A DNA stretch of 63,032 nt, counting the filler, from Reticulomyxa filosa (lineage: Eukaryota; Protista; Foraminifera), in assembly GCA_000512085.1 (NCBI GenBank). It is 21 parts of 21 records of this genome, joined end to end, with 100 filler letters (N's around TTAATTAATTAA, not from the genome) between each part and the next. Parts side by side here need not be neighbours in the genome. Positions count along the whole stretch, not along the records: positions 24,441 to 29,396 come from ASPP01022994.1; positions 29,497 to 34,178 come from ASPP01024629.1; positions 34,279 to 37,636 come from ASPP01039114.1; positions 37,737 to 39,980 come from ASPP01005318.1; 17 more parts are not named here. One strand, written 5' to 3'. A model generated the notes under the pieces. That model did not search any database. It saw only the letters and a program-made list of their open reading frames with translations, and was not told where the DNA came from. How positions within the stretch are numbered: position 1 is the first letter of the stretch; the number at the start of each line of letters is the position of its first letter. Position numbers and translations under genes: made by a program. Positions 26,090-38,534 of this stretch are shown piece after piece.

Positions 26090-27000
26090 TCTCATTATAA
26101 AGCCCAAGGACCCGATATTGAGCGAAAAGCAGTTATTACATCAAACACAAGCAGGATTCCAATCATGGCATAGATGGGTTGTTATTGAGATTAGCTTAGA
26201 CAATCCACAAGTCATTCAATTGTAATTCAGTGACTTATGCAGTTTTATTGGATATTTCTACAGCATACGATAGTGTATGGAGAAATAGATTAAGATATAA
26301 AATAAGTTTAATAGATTTTTATCAGATCGACTTGGAATAGTACTATTGAATGGAGTTCATTCAAAATAGATGACTTATTCCAAGCATGTTAATTATGTGT
26401 ATGGTAAAGCTTCAAAAAAACTTGGATATTTGACATAAATATGTTCATACAAAGGTTTGAGACCAAGCTTATCCACATATAATCTATTATACAAGACAAT
26501 CATTCGTCCAAGTCTTGAGTATGCATCGGTATTTTGGAATATTGCTGCAGAGATGATTGGAACGAATACAAAGGATTGCAATGTGTCGCATTCTTGGTGT
26601 GATGAACCAGGCTGCTTATGGCACAATCAATGCTATTTCTCAACTTCATCCTTTGGAATGGCGACGAAGACAAGAAGATGTGAAGTTATATCACAAGTGT
26701 ATCAGATAGTCAGGTCGATTTCATTGATTGATAAATTGTCGATATTATCTCGTAGATGTATCCATGTACTGAGGCTGGATTGCCGACAGTTGAATCTGAT
26801 TGTCATTCAGCCCCAAATGTTTGAACGAAAGATAATTTGTCTGCTGATCACTGGTAAAATTGGATTGAATTATTATTTGTATAATATCCAAATATCATAG
26901 TCTCCTGATTGTATTTGGTGTGAAGAAGATACTGTCTAGCATTTCCTGATTGAATGTTTATAGTATCAAGAATTACGTCGCAGTTAATGGACAAATATCC
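26090..27000 (+). mobile_element. Decayed non-LTR (LINE) retrotransposon: reverse transcriptase, thumb and C-terminal zinc-knuckle remnants
   Basis: QAGFQSWH, AVLLDISTAYDSVWR, HVNYVYGKASKKLG, LLYKTIIRPSLEYASVFW and CIWCEEDTV*HFLIEC, interrupted by stops and deletions. Confidence 0.85.
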
Positions 27001-30000
27001 AATAATTTATCATTGGTGATCGATCTTGGAAACCAGATATCAGAATCAAAGTTGTCAAGGCAGAAGCAAAGTTCGTTATCGATACCAAGAGAAAGATTTG
27101 AACATTTTATATTCTATTTACTTTTTCATTTGATTTAATATTACCTTCTTTTCTTCTGTTTTGTATCATTTCGACAGCACGATCTTTCACAAAACAATAG
27201 ACATGTTTTTACATTTTAATAAAATAGTAAAAATGATAAAAATAAATATGTAACACCTAAAAAAAAAGGAAAATATCAAAAAAATGTTTAAAAAAAGATT
27301 TGCAAATTTCATGACTACGAGAAAAACAAGATTGTCAACTTTCTTTTTATCCTGGCACAAATCTCATTGGAAATAAAAGTAATGCATTTACATACAGAGA
27401 TCATCCCCCGATCTTGATAAAGTATTGAATCTTTTTTAGCTGTTCTACATCAACACCAAGACAATTTGTTTTATACAAAATTACAACTCTTGAATATGCG
27501 AAGTTTTAAAAATACTGAAAATTTTCTAATCTACAAGGAACTTCATGTTGTAGACAATATAATTAATTGATTTTATACGAAAATTAAACTTATAGATATT
27601 TGAATTTGTTACTTCTATTATTCAGACAAACTATATAAATCATTGTTTTTGCAAATAAAATTGTATAATTTTTCCTTTGATTCAAAGTGTTATTTCATTA
27701 AAGGACGCATCCATTGATATTGAATTTGTTTGTTGAACAGTAAAAAAATCGTCTTTAGTTCAAAAATATTATTGGTCATTTTCTTATTTGGTAAATATGT
27801 AATATAATTTGAATTATTTTTTATATTTTTAAAAAATTTATTTGTTTTGTTGTGTTGCACTTAATGAAAACATATTATATTATCACAAAAAATGTATTTG
27901 CATCAAACAATTATGTAAAATATTGGATGATATTTTTGTTCCAATATTTATTTCACTTATTTTATTTAAATACAAAAATAGCAAAATGCTGGATACAAGG
28001 AGCAATGATCAATCTTTGAATGCTATATAAATATACAAAGACAAAAAAAAAGAGAAATCAAACTCGAATGAATGAAGAGATTGGAGCACAATTGAGACCA
28101 TTTGCAATGCAAAGGTTGTAATGATTACACAAAAAAAATGAGGATTTCATGCAACAACGTATAATGCAATGCTAGTTGTGATCCTCCTCCAATCTCTGTA
28201 GACTACGAAAGAAGGAGATCCCGTTGGACTCTATGTTTCATTCTGATGATGCAATCCATTACTTCACTATAATCTACGCATGCGTAGTCTATGAGAGGAA
28301 AGAAACAACAACAGCAATACGGTGACGAAAATTGAATCGGGAAATACCATCAAATAATCCAAAAACATTAACGTCAAATAAGTAATACAATAAAAAAGAA
28401 AATTTGTTAATTCAAAAAAAATGCAAAAAGGTGATCCACTGCCAAAGGGTGGAGAGGGAGAGAAAAAATGGACGAAAAAAAAACAACAGCCAAGGGGAGG
28501 GGATGTAATGCAAATCTATTAGAAGTGCAAGCAAGACATTGACAACAAAAAAATTAGAAAATAAATGCATATACGTATAGCATAAATAAAGTTGAAACTC
28601 CAGAAATTGTGATGATAACATAATAACGGCTCCCTATCAGTCGCAACAAATAATGTATCATAAATCACGTACTATACTATACTCTTCGATTATCCGGTTA
28701 CAACAGGTAAAAGAAGAGATGACAAAATGGGTGCTTCTGCCTGGCCTTTACAAATGATTAATGATGTTACGAATACTAATACTGATCTAAGGTTTTGATA
28801 GCTTCATCCATTGCAACCTATTATATACCTCCAGTAGAATACATGAATACACGATAACGAAGACTGAACTGCCACGATCAAACCAGAATACTATCGATGC
28901 AATACCATCCATAACATACTTTGAACCAAGATCCCAATTCCAATAATCTTGAAACAAAAAGTCGCTCCATAATAACTTTCGACGTCATTGATTATTGAGG
29001 CAGTCCAAAGTTTTGACACAAAGAAAGAAGAAAGACGGTTGAGTTACCTTTGCTTGGACAAAATTGTGGAGAGAATGGCGATATTTTCATCACCGAAAAC
29101 TTCAAACTTGACAAGCTTTCTAAAAAAAGTTTATTTACACGACACAATGTAAAGAACAGAATATGAATTTAAGGTGCTGAAAAATATTGAAATGAAATTT
29201 GTATGTGATATTATCATGTTAATTTGTGATCCAGTAAAAAATATCTGTCAATCATTGATGTTTTTTTAAATCAAGATAGTCATATTCAATTGCTTTTGGG
29301 ATAAAATTTAACACCATTTCAAATATGCAAAGATTTTTATTCTCTTCCTACTATTTCATGCAAAAGAGTTTATTTGCTTTGTAAGCAAACACTTATNNNN
29401 NNNNNNNNNNNNNNNNNNNNNNNNNNNNNNNNNNNNNNNNTTAATTAATTAANNNNNNNNNNNNNNNNNNNNNNNNNNNNNNNNNNNNNNNNNNNNACAT
29501 GCAAACTTTTCATCTCCCGGCGCGCGATGTGAGAGGTGACGGTTAACAGTCATGAGTCTCCAGCGTAAGAAGCACACGCTCTCCACCCAATCTTTATCTT
29601 TTTATTTGTTTTTTCATTTTTTTATTTTTCACTTTCTAATGCTCCTTCCATCTTCAGACCATCTTCATGCCGATCTCGATTTCAATTGCAAACGACGATT
29701 TTGTTCCACAGTTACGTATGTTTGTTTATTCATACATTTTTCCTTTCTTGACATACGATTCATCTTCTCTTTCAGTCATGAATTGTCTTTTGTAAGCAAC
29801 TCTCGGAGCTGTACGTATTCGATTGGATTGATCGTTATGGCTTGTACATTCTGGTGCGTCGTTGTGGTTTGTGCTGGTCGTGGCGTATTATGGTGGAACA
29901 TTCTGCAATATTGGATTGTGATGGGATTGTTGGATTGAATTTGCTGTGTTGTGGTGAGATGATAATGGATGATTATGGATTTTGGTTGGATTGATTTTGA

Positions 30001-31201
30001 GATATTTAAAAAAACGTTAGCAAGACCCTCGTTTTTGTAATTTTTTTCCGTTGGTATTAAGATGATGAACAACGTGTTATTTTGGTGTTCAAAAACGGTA
30101 AGACTATTTTTCATTTTAAAAATATATATGATATAAACTTAAAAATCGGAGTAACAATTTTTTTTTTTGTGATGGAAAACAAATTTTAGTACGGGGCTGT
30201 CCTTTGAAATGGAGGCTTCACAGGATACAAAGAAGAAAAGAACAGTACAGAAAGCATTTCTGGAACAACTAACTTTGAACTGTCCTTCTAAGTGGTGAAA
30301 CTTACAACAAGTAGCAATACTTGAAGACACAGTGCCTGACCGTCGGAGAGAACGCTTTTGTCGAAATGTTGAACGTAAAGTTTCACGAGTTGGAAACAAT
30401 TGTCAAGCAACAATTGACTTTTTTGTTGAAGACAATAATGCTTAATGATTCAAACAACTGCAGAAATAGCAAAAATAAAATTTTATTCGAAATACTTCTA
30501 CGTTTTTGGGCTAAGTGATTAAAATATTCCGAATTTTTTTTTACAGCGGTTACTTGGGCAAAGTATCACTTTTTATTGATGAACAACCATTTTTGAATTA
30601 TTATATTTTTTGGTTCTGCAATCAACAGTGTCGCTTTTGTAGAGCAAGGCTCTACTGGTTAGGCACTTATTTATTTATGGGCAATCTGTCACTAGAAAAC
30701 AAAGTGACTTACAAGCAAAAGATTATACAACTTCAATTGATTTTCAACATTATGAATGATATCAACTTTTAATAATTTTTTTGTAAGATCATTCAAAGCT
30801 AAAATGTTTCCTGGTTGATCTTTCGGTGCTTTGTATATATAGTTTTTAAAAGTTTATTGAAATCCAAAATATTGAAAAGTGTAGAAGAAAATAAACAATG
30901 ACTTGTTATCCTTCAAGGAAATATCATGTGGCACTATTTAAGAATATAACTGACAAAGCACAATTATCATATTGGGAATGAACAATTGATAAGTGGTTGG
31001 ACTTTGTAGTCATGGACGAGCACAAGAAAAAAATCAAAAAAATCCCGTCCTACACCAAACATTCGATGGTTTGGATGGGATGAAATAAAAGTTATGAAAC
31101 GAAAACAAGAAAAAAGCACAGAAAAAGGGAGGAGAAAAAACAATAAAAAACTCATAAGAAAATGATGATGTAAGAAAAAGAGAGCCAAAATGACAATTTG
31201 A

Positions 31202-32420
31202 TCACAATTGTGGCTGGGCTTGCGTTTCAGAAGCAAGCAATTTATCTTTTTCAAATTTGAGAATCGCCTCTTCAAGCCAAACTAATCCTTCCCATAGCCC
31301 TTGACCAGTGAGTGCACAGCACCCTTGGAAATGTACCTCTCGTCCCCAATCCACAGGAACGCCAGGCAAGTATTCAAAAATGCAGCGTAAAATTTCTGGT
31401 TGGTTAAGATCATTGTCAAACCCGCAATTTTGGGTAAATTCGTTCCATGAAATTTTGCTTCCAGGGGTCATTTCTAAAAGTTCAGATATCTGAGTTATTG
31501 TCATTGCATTTTCCGAGTCTTGTTTATTCGCAAATACTTCCCAAAGTTTGTCATAAGTCAGTAATCAAACAAACCGACCAAAATTAATTTAAAAATTTTT
31601 TTTGATATTAGTATATTCCCTTACTTTTCTTTGTGATTAAAAAGAAAAAAAAAAAGATGACAACTTAGCAGTGGGATATCCCGCAATGAAGGTTCGGATA
31701 GGCTGTTATATAATTCGTCTTTGACAGTCCCTTCCCACTCTTCATCTTCTTCTTCATTCCATATCAATTTTTCCTTGTCTGTGCTATCGATTACCCATAT
31801 TAACGCATTAACGCCTTTCTGTGAGTACTTTCTTCATCGACAAACAATGCATACTCAAAAAAAAAAAAAAAGGGGGACACAACAATAAAAAAATTGTCAT
31901 GACTATACCTCCACTCAGGACCAGTCGCTTCCTTTCCTATTTGTTTATTTTTTTTTCTTTTTAAAATGCTGTATATGCATGTTATATGTTCGCTGTTAAT
32001 GATGCAAGAGAAAATGTACCAACTGCCCAACATCTGATTTTCATTGGACTCTTTGGTTTGGTAATGTCCGTGTTCAACCATTGCGGTTTTGGCACATATC
32101 TTGCAACAGACACAGTCGCTCCTACTGCTGGGAGAGTATCTGACGATTCATCCGCACTTATTTGTTCCAGTAATGTCGTTTTACCAGCCTTTTTTTTTTG
32201 TCATGCCCACACTGATTTTTTTCATTATCGTCTCAACAAAAAAACTGACCATTTCTAATCCCAACATTATGATTTCCAGTTTAAATTTCTTTTTTTTAGG
32301 ATTCCCAATCACGTCTACTGTTGGTTTGGGCATATTGAATGGCAAAGTTGGTATATTATTGCCCATGCAATCTATTAGGTCAGTAATGGGAGTTTTCAAA
32401 TGTTTCAAATACTTACCCAA
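31202..32420 (-). CDS. Divergent Arf/Arl-family small GTPase, multi-exon
   Basis: Spliced IIMLGLEM|AGKTTLL (P-loop), ALIWVIDSTDKEK, LRDIPLL|VFANKQD and FQGCCALTGQGLWEGLVWL. The protein begins with MG. Confidence 0.8.
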
Positions 32421-32853
32421 GAATTGCTAAAAAAACTTTTTCTTAGCTTGTTGGGATAGGAATTTGTCAAATGCACTAGTTAAATTTAAATGTTTTGCTT
32501 TGTGCTTAACGAGCAAAAATGGAATATATACTAAAATGAAGAGGTCGAGGTAGATCAGAGCCATTTCTTTTTGTGATTTTTTTTGCACAACGACCATGAG
32601 TCGAGTTTATACAGCTTCGATGTAGTAATCTATTAGTAGTGCGGTACACTATATTCCAATGCTGCTTTTAGTTCAGTGAGTGCAAGAGCTGAAACCAGCA
32701 ATAAAAAAGAAACTTTTTTTAATAGGAGCAAGTACAAAACAGTTGATTAAGGGTCTAAATTACAGTGTTTTGAAGAACGAGCAATAAAAAGGGTAAAACT
32801 CTAAAACACAGAAACAGAGGAACCAAGTTTTTAAAGTTCCTCGAGCGAGAAAA

Positions 32854-34131
32854 TTATTTTACCTTTTCAAATTGAAAAACCTCCCACTGCCCGACTTGAG
32901 TCTGTAAATCGATAGTGCTCCCAGCTCCACCAGGATGGGCCCTGAAATAAGTAGAGTAGCAAGTTCGAATGGCCCAACTGGAGCCAACAGGAACAAGAGT
33001 GAAAGTCTCACGATGTCTCACCTCGGTGTTCAAATCAAGTTTGCTGCCTTCTCCGCCAGGAGACGCACGGATGAAGGTACCGTGGAAAGTGCGCAGAGCA
33101 ATGCAATTACCTTTTAAGGGGATAACATCAAACTGTTCCCAATCGCTAACTTTGGTTTGCAAGTCTAATTCGCTGCCAACCTTTCCAGGATGAGCTCTCA
33201 AGTAAGTACCGTGATACGTTTTGATGGCAACACGACAATTCAAAAACCACTTGTCATTGTAACCCTCTTTGCCATCCTCGCCCTTTGTGGTCTTCTGCTC
33301 GAGCAACACGAAATAATCGGTCTTATGTTTCCAGAAGGTCTTCAAATGATTGTCTTTGAAATGCAGTCGCCGCAAATCCTCCATTTGCAAGGGCTCCAAA
33401 TGATCAGCGCAACCGAAGCCATGCTGTTTCAGTATTTGCAAATACGATTTCGGCTTGCCATCCACAATTACTTGAGTGACTCCATCTGGAGATTTGCCAC
33501 TCGTGTCGGGCAGCCATTTTCGTAGCAAGCTGTCAATCGAGTCTTCTTCACCTTCAAAAGCGTTTGTCTCGCCCTCACCTATGTCTATATCCATGTCCAT
33601 CTCTGTCTCCCCTTCTTTGACATCATTTTGATTTTGATCACTCTTCTTATCATTCTTCTTGTCATTCTTCTTATCATTGTTATTACTGTTGTTGTTGTTG
33701 TTGTTGTTGTTGGATGACAGCGATTGAAAACGCTCGCTTGTGTGCTGCAGCTTAGGTCGAATGTGCTGTGTGGCATAATTATAGGCAGTGTTCCCATTTT
33801 CGGTTTCAAACAAACGCATGCGTTTGAACAGGTAATATGAATCTTCCTTGTGCTGTTCGAACATCTTATGGTTCAATTGCACTTCGCAGACAATGTTGCT
33901 CCCTGGGCAGTTCACATACACTTGCAAGTAGCGATAACCAAATGACTCATTGCCACTTCTACTGAACAGATCTTTTGCAAACAGCAATCCTCCGTTCATT
34001 GTCTTCTCTTCATTCGCTATTTGTTTCAGTATCGTAAACGCACGATACAAATCCGAGAATGTTTCAAACACAAATGAACAACGGAGTAAGTCTCTCAATT
34101 GCTTGTAATTGCCTTTGTATACGTAATAAGT
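32854..34131 (-). CDS. RelA/SpoT-type nucleotidyltransferase plus SAM-like plus fascin-like beta-trefoil protein, 5' partial
   Basis: YKGNYKQLRDLLRCSFVF..KDLF..GYRYLQV..CEVQLNH (RelA_SpoT-like motifs). YLQILKQHGF..LEPLQMEDLRRLHF..H (SAM-like). Three repeats of AI(K/R)TxHxT(Y/F)xRAxPG..LDL.T.V..WExF (fascin-like trefoil). Confidence 0.7.
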   Translation of the reverse strand, partial: TYYVYKGNYKQLRDLLRCSFVFETFSDLYRAFTILKQIANEEKTMNGGLLFAKDLFSRSGNESFGYRYLQVYVNCPGSNIVCEVQLNHKMFEQHKEDSYYLFKRMRLFETENGNTAYNYATQHIRPKLQHTSERFQSLSSNNNNNNNNSNNNDKKNDKKNDKKSDQNQNDVKEGETEMDMDIDIGEGETNAFEGEEDSIDSLLRKWLPDTSGKSPDGVTQVIVDGKPKSYLQILKQHGFGCADHLEPLQMEDLRRLHFKDNHLKTFWKHKTDYFVLLEQKTTKGEDGKEGYNDKWFLNCRVAIKTYHGTYLRAHPGKVGSELDLQTKVSDWEQFDVIPLKGNCIALRTFHGTFIRASPGGEGSKLDLNTEVRHRETFTLVPVGSSWAIRTCYSTYFRAHPGGAGSTIDLQTQVGQWEVFQFEKVK

Positions 34132-34278
34132 CTTACGTCGCACAGTACATACATACAACACGTGTACAATAGCATTGTNNNNNNNNNNNNNNNNNNNNNN
34201 NNNNNNNNNNNNNNNNNNNNNNTTAATTAATTAANNNNNNNNNNNNNNNNNNNNNNNNNNNNNNNNNNNNNNNNNNNN

Positions 34279-35900
34279 TGGTTTCCACGATCGATCACCA
34301 ATAATGAATTGTTTCATTGATAAAGACAATACATTGATATCTGGAAGCATTCACTTTATCATTACTAGGAATCCAGAATGACCTTAATCCAATAGATCTC
34401 TGGAGCATTATCTCAATATTTTCTGACAATTCATAATTGGCAATTTATAGATATCAGAATCCCATTTGTTGGATACTTGCAATCAGTAAAAATAATCACT
34501 TCCACAATGTAATCTATAATGATTACCCAAGTATTTCAATGCAATTCCAATTGCCGAATGACAAGTCCTGCTCCAATTCCAGGATTCGTGAAAGTACTTC
34601 AATCACAAAATATCACAATGCAATCAAAATCCAATGATGACAAAATTTCGTCTCATTGCAATTTGTATTGGTGGAATATTTGGTATTGGATGTGGACCTG
34701 GTTCAACTGTCAGCATCAACTTCATTGATGCATCCACTGGATAGATATCGCCAATTTAAATCTGATATTATCTTCAACCATTTCATAATGTTTTTCATCA
34801 ACATCTTTTGGAGGCTGAGGATATTCTGCAAATGTCTTTGCCAATAGATATGCTCTATCAATATCTGGACTAGTCTCATTGTTCACCAATGCTGGAATAA
34901 TGAATATTTTATTGGTGTTCAATGCCTTGAATTGTTTAAATAAATTCCTTGTGTTCCCTTCATGCAGCGAATTTATGCTGTTTACCATATGTTGATGCTT
35001 TTCTAATTGCAATTTCCTTCGCAATTGCTTGAAGCTCTTATACGTCATCAGATTCCTTGGTATTCTTTGCTTACGAAATTTGTTCTTGATTTTGAACTCT
35101 TTCACCAATACCAATTGTCGCTTCTCCAGCTTCAACAACACATTTGCTCCAAGATCCGATTGCTTTATCCAAAGAATCTTGATTTCTCGATACAATTGGA
35201 TCAATAGATTTCATTTAATTTTCAATCTAAATCTAAATTGTTGCTTCTCAGATTCCAAGTCTCAATCTTTTGTCGTTCAATACGTGGTAAAGCCCACGTG
35301 GTCTTGATATTGAACGTGATCGGGAATGTGGTATCTATGCTTGATGTCGCATTATCTTTTATGAACGTGCAATATGTAATCCATTGGATAAAATGAAATC
35401 AAGAATACATTCACCCACATCGTCGATATTAGATCTAAACATGCGGGATAATGTGCATTTCAATCTCCTCCAATGATAATGTGTTCAGCTGATTTTATTC
35501 GTGCTCGAATGCTTGTATATTAAATTGATTACACTGCAGAATAATAGCGATTTCTTTTGATCAGGATATGAAATTTCCACCCAACACGATTTATAACCAA
35601 ATACATTGAATGTATCAGGCATGCTATTGAATGATCGTGATAATGAATGCAAATCTCTTCGACATAACACTCCAGTCTCTCCGCTGATGAACATAAAGAT
35701 ACTGGAAATTATAATCAATATCCTTCTTCTTTGATCTAAACCCTTCTTGCAATAAACAGATATGGGCTGCTTCTGATGCAAATTTGTTCGTTATCAAGAA
35801 CTTAAAGAAACATGGCGAGCAGCAATCAAGAATTTGTTGCCGCAATTTCACTTCAACATATCGTGGCAGCTGGAAAAATTAAAATAATTTTTTTGATAAT
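34279..35900 (-). mobile_element. Decayed LINE: APE endonuclease, linker and start of reverse transcriptase
   Basis: ICLLQE, HIIIGGD*NAH and AYLLAKTFAE..KDVDEKHY. Many stops and deletions. Homologous to 36820-37636. Confidence 0.75.
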
Positions 35901-36819
35901 TTTCTTTCACTTTCAATATCACTGGCAAAGTTGATTATTTGCTGATTGTATTTAGTTTCAAAAATTATTTTGAAAGAAAGATAACCATTGCTGATTAGAT
36001 GGTATTTTTCTCCTAGGAATATCTCAATCAATGATGTCCGGTGATGGCATGTGCAACGAGATGATGCAGTCTTTTCCCACGATGAGCATGATTATGTGCA
36101 ACAATATGTAGCTTAAATGTACCCTTTTTTATTTTTTTTTATTGACGAATTGACGAATTGCAAAAAGTTCAATATTACCAATTGTGAAGAATTTTTTAAT
36201 GCTAAACCACCAAAACAGTATATTAGTAATAAGCAAAAGTCTTTTTGGTGATTATAAGTGTTTACATTTTTTTTCGTATATTGAATCTTTGAAAACAATA
36301 ACTCAAAGGATTCGGTTGAGCAACGCTCCTGTAATCCCCCAAAATAAATATGTTTTTCGCTTGTTGTCGATGATCTTTCCTTTTGGGACGATGTGCTCAT
36401 AAGATTTAATTCAACTAAAATAATGTTTTTGTGGATTAAGATGCTTGATATGCTGCAATATCATCTTTGAAAATTTTTTGTTTTGATGTCACTGCACTAT
36501 TTGCTCAGCCAAATGCATAGTTATTTCAATCCACGCTTAATAGGCCGATGAGTGACTGACAATATAGACAATATTGTGGATATGTAGATCCTTGAGGAAC
36601 ATTCAATTTAAGTGAGTCCAATTCAAGAAGATATTCATCGACTTTAATTTTGACCACCAATGATGAGTTGCTTCATCGACAGTAACAATACATTAATATC
36701 TGGATATTCATTCACCAACTGTCTATTCTTTATTTAGTGAATAGCACATTAATCACGAACTTACCATTAGGTAATTCTGTAATTTCTGGTTAATGTTTGC
36801 CATTAGTTGGATATTCCAA

Positions 36820-37636
36820 TTCGGAATAATAACAAGAATGACTCGAAATGATATCAAATCACTGAATATGTTGTCATTGAATGCACATCATCCTGCATGG
36901 CTGGATCATAGCATCGGTGAGTGTATCGTATCCAATAGATTACATATATCAATATATTACCATTTGACTGTACATTCATAAAAGATAATGCGACATCACA
37001 TTGTGTTCATAGTCTATTCCATTGATTAGTAATTGGAGAACTGGATGCGCACTCAGATCATCTCTCAATCACGTTCAATATCAAAACCATGTGGCCTTCA
37101 CAAATTGAACGACAAAAGATTGGGCATTGAATTGCACCAATAAAATATAATTATTCTAGCATTGGTAAACAATGATACAGATTCAGTTGCAAGATCAGAT
37201 ATTGGTAAAGCATATCTATTGGCAAAGGCATTTGCAGAACCTCCAAGATATTGATGAAAAACACTGGAATTGATTGATGATTTTATTGATATGAGTAATA
37301 TCTATCAGATGGATCATAGTCAGTACAAAAATCATAAGCCGATTGCATTAATGTGATTGTTGAATGAAAAGCAGTTATTGCATCAAACACTAATAATCCT
37401 AATCTTGGCATAACACAGATTAACTGTTACTGAACTTGACCGAGACTATTCACAAGTCATCCAATTGCAATTCAGTGACTTATTGCAGAGTATGATAGTG
37501 TTTTGAGAAATGTATTGATATAGTAGATTGATATCTTCTTATCAGATCGATTTGGAAGGTTGTATTGAATGGAACAAATTTATATTGTATGGAATTCAAT
37601 ACTTATTAATGATTTACCAACAGTCGTCCATCAACA
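36820..37636 (+). mobile_element. Second, inverted decayed copy of the same LINE family
   Basis: NAHHPAWLDH and KAYLLAKAFAEPP. The DNA GAAAAGCAGTTATT.CATCAAACAC..CACAAGTCAT.CAATTG.AATTCAGTGACTTA is shared with 26123-26240. Confidence 0.75.
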
Positions 37637-37737
37637 NNNNNNNNNNNNNNNNNNNNNNNNNNNNNNNNNNNNNNNNNNNNTTAATTAATTAANNNNNNNN
37701 NNNNNNNNNNNNNNNNNNNNNNNNNNNNNNNNNNNNT

Positions 37738-37771
<34 letters not shown>

Positions 37772-37799
37772 GTTAACGGAATTTCACAATGAATTTTGC

Positions 37800-38482
37800 A
37801 AAGGCATATTATGGCCATTGTTGCATTATGTGATGCCAACGAACAATTTGAAATATGGATGCAAGTTTGAAAAGCTGTGGAAGGTGTTCCAAAACGTGAA
37901 CCTGCAGTTTGCAAAAAAAACAGCGGTGGCGGCGGACGCCGACGCCAATGCGATGATATGGTTCCACAACTACCACTTGTTGACGGCCCCGTATTTTCTG
38001 CGCAAGCAAGCGCCCAAGGCGTTCATTGGCTACTTCTTGCACACGGTGTTTCCGACGAGCGAAGTGTTTCGAGCCTTCCCCACCAAAGTGGAGATATTGC
38101 AAGGGATGTTGTCATCGGACCTGATCGGCTTCCACACGTTCGACTACGCGAGACATTTCGTGTCGTCGTGCCATCGCATTTTGGACTTGGAGTTTTACAC
38201 GCTGCCAAACGACGGCACATTGGTGGTCCATGTGGCCGGGAGGGATGTGAGTTTGAGGATCGCCCACGTCGGCACGAGGAGCGCCGAAATCCTGCAAGAG
38301 TGTCAAACCGCACAGATCCAACGCTACGCGCAGGAATTCCGAGACAAATTGACCGGCGGCGATCCTCATAAAAGGATCATTTTTACCGCTGGCGATTATG
38401 AAATCGTGCGTGGTTTAATTTTTACAATTAAAGTTAGGCAATGTACGCATATAAATAAATATATACATATATAAATATATGA

Positions 38483-38534
<52 letters not shown>

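Noticed and set aside
31202-34131. Functional linkage between the Arf-like gene and the RelA-like gene
   Set aside because: They are on the same contig and strand, but adjacency in a eukaryote is not evidence of a shared pathway.
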